In this document: in pieces, positions 1-10,367 of the stretch
Numbering within the stretch: the first letter of the stretch is position 1
Layout of the letters: the number at the start of each line of letters is the position of its first letter
Origin: Diadema antillarum
Lineage: Eukaryota
Assembly (NCBI RefSeq): GCF_040938485.1
Contig: NW_027272031.1
Location: 248,001 to 312,000, forward strand
Direction: 5' to 3'
DNA: 64,000 bases
Position numbers and translations under genes: made by a program
Notes under the pieces: model-generated
What the model was told of the DNA's origin: nothing
Seen by the model: the letters and a program-made list of their open reading frames with translations, nothing else
Databases searched by the model: none

Positions 1-114
1 CGGACAGAAATGATGAGGAAGATGAGGAGGAGGACGATGACCACGATGATGAGAGTGATGACGAGGAAAGTTTAGGAGTGTGCGAGACAGAAGCACTAGA
101 CGCAACAGCACCAT
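1..114 (-). CDS. Possible Ser-rich neurabin exon running off the window edge (GAVASSASVSHTPKLSSSSLSSSWSSSS...)
   Basis: Open Ser-rich frame in phase 1, matching the 2769 donor. The acceptor is ambiguous (aag/aag/tag). Confidence 0.4.
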   Translation of the reverse strand, partial: MVLLRLVLLSRTLLNFPRHHSHHRGHRPPPHLPHHFCP

Positions 115-2768
115 CTACGCCTTCTTTTTGTGTGTGTGTGTGTTTTGACAGAGGAAAGAAACATAAACACTAACAGATAGACAGACAGACAGAGACAAAC
201 AGACAGACATGAAAGCGCAATACATAACTAAAGGTAAGCAGCCCTCCACTGCACAACTTTCAAATTGAAAGTTAATCTGTATTCATAAATTCACAACATC
301 AGGAAAAGTGTGTCATGTGTACATTCAAAGCTCCTCGTCACTTTGGTCAAAAGAAGAGTGTTGAATTTCAACTCTATTTGATATCAATGTTTTCATGATA
401 TTTACATCAGTCTGTCTTGCAATGGAAATAAACCATTTCTATTGTAAGCATCAAACTGTCACCATAAGGAAGAGGTTTATGCTCTTTTAATCAAGGAACA
501 TTCACTCAAAATGTTTAGGAGTGCAATGATTTTGTTTTGCTTTGTTTTGTTTTTTCAATCCCGTGATGCAATGCAAGGGAGGGTCTACTACCTCTACAAG
601 AGAACAATGGGTAAAAGCTAGAGAGACTTCACAAAAACTCACGCAAGATGATAAGAAACATAGCAACAAGCACATTCAAAGCTACCTAGAATTTAGATCA
701 GTTTGCGAGTGTATAAAGAAGCATGGCACATAGCTACACTGAGGCACAAGACTCACATGTGGTAAAAGCGAGGCAAAGTATGTTAAACACAATGAATGCA
801 TTAAAGGCCAGCATGGTTTTTCTTTTTCCACACATTGTTAGGGAACGAAAAGAGCGAGGCTCTCAGCCAGAAAATGAAGAGTGGCTTGCATTGATGACTA
901 CATGTATCTATTTCTAACAATGGTTGAATGATAATAATTATATAATATGCCAGCTATTAAAAGAGATAAGATATCAAGAATTGATCATGGGAAAAAAAGT
1001 TGTAATAATTATAAATCTTTTTGTGTTATCACAGCTTTGTGCTTTTCATTTTACTACAGCAAAAAAAAAAGGCAACAAAAATTGAGAAGACTGCACATTT
1101 CTCATGATTTCTACCAAGAAAATACAAAACTGGCAGCAGAATACATTTGCTTTGTTGTGGATTGTTTGTTTGTTTGGTGTTTGTTTGTTTTTGTGCCTGC
1201 TGCTGCTCATTAATTCTCAAACAAATCAGAATCATTATGCCAGATGATACAATATCGTATTCATTGCAGTATGAATCATTTTTAATGCATCATTCATTAC
1301 GATACATAAAGTATGGTTGCAGTTTATTACCCACCACCCTGGGGTAAAACATATCATCCCAGATTAACAGAAATGCAGATGCGGCAAAGATGCTGCAGGC
1401 ATTATAATCCGTTTGGCACCATTGATGGCAGAGGGAAAAAAATCAAGGAAATGTTAAGAGGAGATCAACGAAGCAAAGAAGCGCCTCAAGAATAATGGTG
1501 TTATTGATTCTTGAAGTCACAGCAAATATGAGTGACACACTTTGTGTTACTTAGAAAGCTCCTAGGGCACAAAATGAGCAGCAAAAGGGGGCATGTGATT
1601 AAAGTTCAGAAAATAAGCAATGCAAAGTTTATGAGACAGAGGGCAGTTCAGACAGAAGAAGAAATCTTTTTGAAAGTATGGAGCTTTTTATGTCAAAAAC
1701 ATTTTCAAGAATGTATAAACTTTGAAACAGAGAACATTTCAGAAAAAAAAGAGAATCATCTTTTGGAGAGTATGGAGCTCTGATATTCGAATATTTTCAA
1801 GGAATGTATACAGCTGTAGTTCATCAGGACCGAACTGATGTTGGCATTTAAAACAAGCAAAGCAAACACTAACATTTCAGACATCCTTAAGACCTCTGTC
1901 ACATCTCAAGAGCCTACCTTAGGCGGGGGTCTTAGCATCGCAACAAGCCCCTTCGAGAATGGCTCAAAAACCACTTACACCTACGCCTTACATATACAGT
2001 GTATGCATCTGGGTATTTCTTCTTCTCTACCCTTCTATTTTTGCTTAAACCTACACCTTACATGTATGCATCTGGGTATTTTTTTATTTCTTCTTCTTCT
2101 TCTTTTCTTTTCTTTTTTTGCTGGTTTTTTCTATGCCATGTTTTAGTCATTACATGCACAACACAAATCACACCATTTTGCAAGCTTTTCTCTTTTTTTT
2201 TCTCTTTTTCTATCTTTCTTTAAAAAAGAAAATGGGTTCCAACAGTGAGCAAGGCAATGCTCTTTAACATAAGATGACATTCGTATGCAGATGGAAAATA
2301 TGAACACACACACACAGATGGATGGCAGATAGACAAAGAGCAACATGTAGCTGAGCTAAGACAGAGCGCACAGTCTCTCCTTGTACAGAAGTTACACACT
2401 TAATGAACCAAGATGAAACCAAAAAAAGAGGAATATGCAGGTGTTTGGAGCTAGTCTCGAGCACTTGAACAGAAATTCCTTCACACAAGGAGACAGAATG
2501 GTAAAGGCATTGACACCAAGATAATTATATAGAAGGGGTACAGATGACACCCGGGGTGATAAATCAATCAATTAATTAATTGAAAGAGGCCACATTCTAA
2601 CCAGTACCCTGAATGTGAGAGAAGGATTAGGTTCGTTCGTTTGAACTTATATTGCTCCCTTGGCTGGACAGCTCCGGACTCAGCTGGTGCTCGGGGGGTA
2701 CGTCCACCGCCCTCTCCTTCCTCGTGCTGGTGCCTGCCGTGGAGGGGACGGGCGGAGACCAGACTCAC

Positions 2769-2833
2769 ACCCGACGCCTTCCGGTGAGGAGGAGGAGGAG
2801 GACTCAACCTGGGCACTTGTGTTGGGTTGTAAC
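2769..2833 (-). CDS. PPP1R9A: Probable neurabin exon: LQPNTSAQVESSSSSSPEGVG (alternative frame GYNPTQVPRLSPPPPPHRKASG)
   Basis: Acceptor cccattccctcttccag, donor gtgagt; 65 nt. The GC-rich sequence continues past the donor, so the 3' boundary is uncertain. Confidence 0.6.
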
Positions 2834-3180
2834 CTGGAAGAGGGAATGGGTAGAATTTGGGAGATGAAGACAGCATTCGGTTTATATCGTACGTCACATG
2901 AAAATCAGGAGTAATACAAAATGACGTCATGCAGCAAAACAGTTGTAGTCACCTAATACAATTAATGCAATTCAGACTTCCTTTCAGTAAGAATATATCA
3001 TCCATGTGTATAATTAAAATCAAATTTGCTGAATAAATATAATAACAAAGACATTGATGTGCATAACAATCCTAGTTTAGCTCACTATACATGCTGCCTT
3101 TATTATCTCTCCAAGGTTCAAGGGCTGACCTACATGTATCCCAAAAGAACAAAGATATGTTTTGTGAAATGATGACTTAC

Positions 3181-3188
3181 CAGTACAT
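3181..3188 (-). CDS. Candidate 8-nt microexon ATGTACTG (MY-W)
   Basis: Pyrimidine tract ctttgctctctttttgttttatgctacatgtag and consensus donor gtaagt. It bridges phase 0 (3571) to phase 2 (2833). Confidence 0.5.
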
Positions 3189-3570
3189 CTACATGTAGCA
3201 TAAAACAAAAAGAGAGCAAAGTGACTTTAACCAACTGGACAATCAATGACAGTCAAAACATTTCTATCATACAGTGCCTGCCATGTCTGTTTGATTACAA
3301 TTCAAAATCAAAACTAGTGTTTACAAAGCATTGAAATCCCTCAGACTGATTGTAAAGGACAATCAAGCATATCAGACTGATAGGTCCGATACAAGTGTGT
3401 CTTAAACCTACATGTACGTCCATGGTTCTCATTATTATGTGATGTTAATAGGACTGGCGTTAACCTGTTCACTTCAGAGATTCTGAAATCTCAATAGGTT
3501 TTTTGCACAGGACCAACAAAGCTCCTGTGCACCAGGGGGTTAATCTGGGGGTAGAACCCACTCATCTCAC

Positions 3571-3700
3571 CTTAGGATAGGCATCGCTGGTGGTAGGCCT
3601 GAGGAAGATGTTGGGGCGGGGACTGGAGACGGAGGAGTCTGGTATCCAGACGCCGCCGAGGCAGGAGGAGAGTTGTTGGTCACTGCTTCCCTCTGGTTCC
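3571..3700 (-). CDS. PPP1R9A: Probable neurabin exon: (K)EPEGSSDQQLSSCLGGVWIPDSSVSSPRPNIFLRPTTSDAYPK; also open in a second frame
   Basis: Acceptor aatccttttctgatag, donor gtgaga; 130 nt. The phase-2 reading has a strong C-ending codon bias. Confidence 0.75.
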
Positions 3701-6624
3701 CTATCAGAAAAGGATTATTTAAAGAAAACAAATCACCCAAACAACATAGTTAGACACTGATCCAGATTACAGTCCTGTGGCAGATCACCACATTCAAAAC
3801 TGACTTAAACTACTTTACATAGCATACAATTCTGGTGATGTCAGTAGCTACAACACATGATGGGTGCTGCTTACTTCTGGTCTACTAACAACAGTATGAA
3901 ACAATGACACTGAGTCATAATCCATAATAATACATATATAATGATGATGATAATACTGACAATATCATGATAGGACAAGAAGAAAGAAAGATAGTGAGAT
4001 AGAAGTATGAAGCAATGTGGATATAGCCATGACAAAACAAACAAAGAAGAAGAGATAAAAAAGAATAAAAACCTTATAAAATCCCCTTACCCCAAAGATG
4101 TCACTGACGGAAATTATTTATCTATTTTTTTATTTAATTTGGGTTTTTTTTTAGAAATAAAAAAAGAGGTGTTGTGGAAAAAGTTTGAGCAACTATGAAA
4201 GTTGGAGATATTAACATGATTTGGCAAACATCTGAGGTTAACAGACAAAATAGAATTACACATTTGACAGGAATGGCGTGAAACATGGGATAAAAAAATA
4301 ACAGATATAAATAAAAGCATGAAAAACTCTGTGAAAATAAAACAGCATTAACATGAAGCAATGTGATACATTATACAAGAAAATGTAAAGAACAGAGGTA
4401 TGGGAGACGGGCAGACTGGTGGACTAATAGTTGAGAAAGAAGAGGAGTAAAAAGGAAACAGGAATGATAGAAGAGGTGTGAAATTTCAACATCAGAGACA
4501 CGAAATAGAGTTGTTGGGGAACACAATATAAGATTGGGAGGGAAATATACTGAACTTTTAAAAGGAACTCTAGTACAGCATGTATATTTGTACATGTATG
4601 TAAATGATAAGCTGTTAACTGCAATGTGCTTTGCTAGACCCAATATTCCAAAATGGTTGTTACTTGTCCATTAAGAGGGGGGGAAATTAATGATCAGTGA
4701 TTTTTGGAACCGTAGCAAAACATAGATATATGACTCATTAATTGAAATCTAGTCTGTAACTAGCCTCCACTTCTGACTTCCTACAGTTTACTCTCGGTCA
4801 CCAGACTTTTCTCTCCTAGGGTCTTCCTTTTTTTTTCTCCTCTAAACCCCCCCCCCCCCCTCCCCCAAAAAAAAAAAAATAAAAAAAAACATCACCTGTG
4901 CAGAGAAGGTAATAATCTTCACTTTGTGCACATTAATAGCCCAGAACCAGGTCAGTGGTGCGTTTGTAGGAAAACTCGAGAGAATGGATAATCCATCTCT
5001 CCGATCTCTTTTAAGACTCCAGGTGAAGTGTGATCACTTTCCTTTCCTTTCTCGCTGCCAAAAACGGCTGGCCTCAAAGGGCACATGAATACATTCCAAG
5101 ATGGTTTCCGTAATGACTTCATTTCGGGACAATTAGAGCCAGAAGGGACGGGAATTTTTTGCAGAACATGAAAAAAAAACATCATCCTCACGGTTCATCT
5201 GATAGATGGGAAGGGATTAGCAGGAGAAAATTGTATAGATTCTCTGTGCAGTCAACGATTTGTGACCTGCGAGATACACCACTAATGCCTTGACACTCGA
5301 GTGAAAGGCGATGAAACCAATCCGGCTGAAAACATTAGAAACTTTGCACCACCATTGTTGGCAAAAAAGAAGCCTTCTTCACTTCAAGCCAACATTAACG
5401 GGTAAACCATCCTGGTATTTGTGATGATTAGCACCAGGCCTATAGTTCTTGGAGGAGCTCCAAAACCACAGGAATCTTATTAACCTCGTCCCAACAGGCA
5501 AGAAGAAGTTGGATTCCAACCTCCGCGTCACTCAATACTGTTCGGAAATCTACAGCTGGGCAGCCTGACTTTGTGTCGGAAATGTGGAAATTAGCAGACA
5601 ATAGTTGTGCAAGATTGGTGTAAAACTTGTGGCCAAATCCACAGAGGGTTGCTTGATGTCATGTATCTCTATTTAAATAACATCTGATCATCCAATTCTT
5701 TTGGTCTTCCCAACACATCTTCACTGTTCTTAATCTTTACATTTGTAAAAACAAAACAAAAAAACATTTACTATCCTGTAGATCTACACTGTATATGGCT
5801 CCTCCTTTCAGTGAGAGTCAATAGCACAGCAAGAGTCATCTTGCAAAATATTCAACTAATGCTGCTCCTCTTATCTCAATTTGTAAAATGCACTGAAACC
5901 AAATGTAATCATGGAAGTTAATTTACACATGGAGACGTACACTGTAGTAGCTGATCAAATGTGAACCATGCACAACGGCTACACAAGTGAAAAATACTGC
6001 CGGTTAACACTTGCCCCATACATTTCTTACAGTGCATATAGTTCAAAGAAGCTGGCTAAAACACTCGCAATCATGCGGTTTATTTTCTTTGTTGTTGTTT
6101 TTTTCATTCAGTTGAAGAATTCCTGGTTTCAAAAAGGTCGAGGTGTGAATCTAATTTAATAATGCAATTGTTCCAAAGTTTGAAAGTTCAATTTAGGGAT
6201 TAAAAAAAAGTATAAAAAGAGTTGAATCACACCTTATGACACTGAACTGGCACAGATCACACAACACTGCCATAACCATAGCATATCTGAGTGGATATAA
6301 AGATGGTTTATCAACTTCCATTCACTAGAATGCTCTAAACAGAAAAAAACAAAACCACACAAGCTGGAGATTAGATACAAAGTAGAAGTTGGCTGCAGTA
6401 CAAATTTCACCAACACAAAAATGAGTTTTCCTCTTCTTCCTCAATCCACAAAAAATGAAATAATCTCACAGAAAATATCACTGCAAAAGCTAAAAGCAAT
6501 GTCTGATATTGATCACAAGGTAAAAGCTAAGTAGCGCCGGTCCACAAATGGAGTCTGCACAAAATACATGAACACAAGCTACATGTTTAAATTATTATAA
6601 TTGGTGTCACTTATGAAACAAAGC

Positions 6625-6685
6625 AAAATAAAAATGTCTGAGACCTGCCAAAAATAAAAATGTCTGAGACCTGCCAAAAATAAAA
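6625..6685. repeat. Perfect 26-bp tandem duplication
   Basis: aaaataaaaatgtctgagacctgcca x2 plus a partial third copy. Confidence 0.9.
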
Positions 6686-7089
6686 GACACTCGCACAAAT
6701 GAGAATCAAGAGACAGAGATGCAAAGAAAATATATATCAAGATTTAGAAAAATCTGAATACAAAGTCTAAACAATGACCACAACTTGGCACTAAAACTTG
6801 CAGATTAATATGAAGAATACGATGCAGTTTCTTAACAGCTGTAAGGGCAACTGTCAACAACCCCTTTTAAACTTGTAAAAACTTATCTAATCAGCTTGTT
6901 ATTAAAACCTATCCCTAAATCCCCTAAATTCTAAAGATACTTAGAATTGATTAGAATTTTACTTCAAGAATTCAGATCATCTTTCCACAAACTGTTGCAT
7001 AACATACTAGCAAGAACTTTCTATTTATCTATCTACAAATTAATAGACAGACACAAGAGTGATAGATTTAAAAGACAGGCAAATAGATC

Positions 7090-7090
<1 letters not shown>

Positions 7091-7158
<68 letters not shown>
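7091..7158. repeat. (AGAT)17 microsatellite
   Basis: Read directly from the sequence. Confidence 0.97.
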
Positions 7159-7161
<3 letters not shown>

Positions 7162-8529
7162 GAAAGAGAGAGATTTGTAAACTAGACTGATTGACCTCCC
7201 CTTGACAACTACATATTCACAACTTTGTAAGAATATACATCTAAAAGCTACAGCAATGCTACATGTACAATTTGTACCTACTACAGAGACATTCACAGTA
7301 TTGCCTTCTACTACGATAACTTAAGGACAGAGCAATATTAGAGAAGAGAGAATTTTGTGTATGAGAATTTCTATACTGAAAATTTAAAAGTGCATTGAAC
7401 TCTTATATATTGGAAACGCTACAATGTATAGAATCGAAGCTGATCAGTTACAAGTTGACCAGTGATGTAGCAAATAATTAGGCTATCCACAAAGTGAAGA
7501 TTAAAATACAATTGACAGAGCTTATATGTTTAAACTGTTGCCCATTATTGCTCCCCCACCCCCACCCCCCAAAAGAAAAAAGTTAATACATTGTATAAAA
7601 CTTTATATATAAACATTCAAATAAATTTTGATCTGTAACTCTGTTTTTCTTCAGAAAATAGTATATCACAGAACATGCAAAGTTAGATCTTCTAACGCTG
7701 GCATGGCTATTAATGCTATCAATTACAAAATGAATATAAACAGAATTTAAAACAGATAATGGAAAACAAATTGAATGTACGCCTGCATACAATCAAAATT
7801 ACACAATTTTCTCCACCTTAGGCAGAAGAGAACATTAAAATACAAGCATTGAACAACACTTTCCTGAATAGTACGCAAAAAATTAAACGATGACAAAAGC
7901 TGCACAAAGTCTGAAAACATGAGACTAACAAATTATAGGTCCATGTCATAAGATCTGTAATAGGTTCAAAAATCTAAAATGATCTCCCCAAGATTACTTG
8001 CCAAACTTCTGCAAGCAGACAAATTTAGATTGAAATTTGAAACATATGTATTCAACCTTTAATTCGCCATGTCTTACTTATATTCGAACTGTTGTTTAAA
8101 TTGCTACTCATTTCCTGTGATCTCATTTCTTGAGTTGTCTCAGATGTTATGACTAGCTACAACTGTAGTATCAAAGTGCCAGAAGCATTGAAAGGTGGAC
8201 ATGCGAACTGTACAAGAAGCCACCATCTTTATTATTATCATTATTATTATCATTATCATTATCAACAAACTGAAAGCCTGAAAATGTGTACTTGTACCTG
8301 TGCTAGCAAACTTCTGATAAAACTCCCGAATATATCCTTCCTCACGCAAATCCCATAAATATTCTTCTAGAAAATTCTGTATTCTCTGCTCAAAGAAAAT
8401 AAATATTCTATTTGGGGCCCTCCACAAAAATTGTGTTTCATTGCAGTAGAATTCTGTTTTCATTTTCCACATTTTTGGAAGCATTGTTTCTGTAGCCCTC
8501 GGAGTTCTACATACTACAGTACTGACAGA

Positions 8530-8810
8530 TATGCGTAGCTACGGCAAAATGTGTTGATTACAGTGGCGGCGAAAGAAAAAAGCTGCTCAGGGGCATGTCT
8601 ACCGCACACAAAACGTGCGAGACATGATGGATGTTCACTGACCTACATCGGGTAAGCCTGACAAAATATAATCCCTCCCAACCAGTTTGGTTCGGTAACG
8701 CCACCCTAAGTCCGCCCGGGGGCGTGGCATGGATACGAGAAGCTAAAAGGGCGGATGGTTCACGATTGGTCAACAACTGATGCAGACACGCGCAACAAAC
8801 CAAGCGATGT
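8530..8810. promoter_or_regulatory. CpG-rich intronic island with GC-boxes and a CCAAT box; candidate internal promoter or enhancer
   Basis: ccgccc 8712-8717, gggggcgtggc 8718-8728, gggcgg 8749-8754, gattgg 8764-8769. Confidence 0.4.
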
Positions 8811-9229
8811 TGGATTACATTCCCCCTTTACAACTGTTACAGTCGTAGTGTTTATTTGTCCCTAATCACGAGGTGAAATGATCATTAATAACAACAGAGG
8901 CTCATATCATCATCAACATGTCCCAACAATCAATCCACGCTTGTATGCATATGATGGTTTAGACATATCATTGACTAGACAACACTACTACCATGTGCAT
9001 AGAGACAATCAGCTGAGAAACAGAAGGACATTAATGCTGTACAGAGACTATGGTAATCAGTGCCTTTCTGGCTCTAAAAAGCTGCAGTGCATTCAAATCT
9101 CTTCAAAGTAATATTTCCTTTAATATCTTACTACAAGACCTAACTACTTGTTTGGGCTAAAATCTAACAGAGACTTTTTCTGAAACCATGTCTCAAGTGA
9201 TTGCAAATGAAAGAACATTGGTTCCTTAC

Positions 9230-9238
9230 ACATAAGTG
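9230..9238 (-). CDS. Candidate 9-nt microexon (TYV in phase 2)
   Basis: cctaatttcttttgctttgcggcaaagtttag|CACTTATGT|gtaagg; TGC motifs in the tract; frame-preserving. Confidence 0.3.
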
Positions 9239-9477
9239 CTAAACTTTGCCGCAAAGCAAAAGAAATTAGGCTGCAACACAACATTTACATGTGAACGATG
9301 TAAATATATCACATCCATGCATGAAAAAATACACGCATTTCATTCCACACAGTGTGACATCACTGACTGGCCCGTCTACCATATATTTGCTGTAAACGAC
9401 ACCAAAGCTGCAACTTAAAGGCGCCCAGACAAAAAAGCATGTTGGTACTAAGATTCACACTTCACTCGCAGACTTAC

Positions 9478-9492
9478 GGAAAATAGTGTCGG
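9478..9492 (-). CDS. Candidate 15-nt microexon (RHYFP in phase 2)
   Basis: T-rich tract ...ttttttaatgtctccgcgacaaatgcag, donor gtaagt; frame-preserving. Confidence 0.4.
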
Positions 9493-9991
9493 CTGCATTT
9501 GTCGCGGAGACATTAAAAAAAAAAGAATAAGTAAAAAAAAAAAGTAGTAGTAGGATGCAATACACATGAGTGTTATTTTTTCACGGAGTGTACAGTGTAG
9601 ACAACCAACATGCAACAAAAACTGTATCTTAATTATAGTAATAGCTACAACAACAAAAAATATAGACCCTTTCAGTTACAGTTAAAATTCTGAGTTCAGA
9701 TGGCAATATGCCCCATCCCACCCCAACCCCCCCCCCCCCCTCCCTTCTTAAAAAACTTTCTGATTGGCAAAATCACTTAATTTGTACTGTGAAGAATACA
9801 GTATTATGTGATTTTACTCTTTTCTTTCCAGTTTTGGAATAGTATCATACAGGTCTTTTATTTCTTATCACAATGGTATAAATTATTTGCAATGTTGCAA
9901 TATCACCACACTGTATGGTGCAGTCACTGTGAGGTGTGTCCTTAGATCCAAAACTACAAAATTCTGCATCACACTCATCTTTTTCCTATTT

Positions 9992-10367
9992 GTAAAGGTC
10001 CAGTTTACCTTTGGGAGCAGTGATTTCAAAAATGTTCAAGATATCACATTTGATGCATATGTGTAGGTCTGTTTGTATCATAAAACATCCTATCCAGTAT
10101 GAAATATTTTGCAATAAAACCTAAAATATAAGGAGATATCAGGGTTTTTCTCAATAAACCATAACTGTGTACGGTTTAGTCTAGAAACATTTTTATTATA
10201 AATAATTGTTCACATTTTGTGTATCTAAGCAACACTTAACATTGATTATACGGATTCTAAATTTTGACAGTGGTTGTTCTCTATAGTAACTTCACATTTT
10301 AGAACTATTTTAAAAGCACTAATGCTGAGTTTTTGTTTCATCTGCAAATGGTAAATTATGCCTTTAA
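9992..10367. mobile_element. Possible old Kolobok-like MITE
   Basis: gtaaaggtccagtttacc ... ggtaaattatgcctttaa; only partial terminal complementarity. Confidence 0.3.

Noticed and set aside
3-175. Plus-strand Asp/Glu-rich frame (DRNDEEDEEEDDD...)
   Set aside because: It is the antisense mirror of TCA/TCC Ser codons, runs into (GT)n, and has no plus-strand splice support.
3875-3881. 7-nt microexon-like site (gttagtag|ACCAGAA|gtaagc); similar 7-nt sites near 12050 and 50425
   Set aside because: Weak pyrimidine tracts and frame-breaking; this many are expected by chance.
4952-5650. Moderately GC-rich stretch with 70-80-codon open frames on the minus strand
   Set aside because: No convincing acceptor/donor pair in the needed phase and no recognisable motif.
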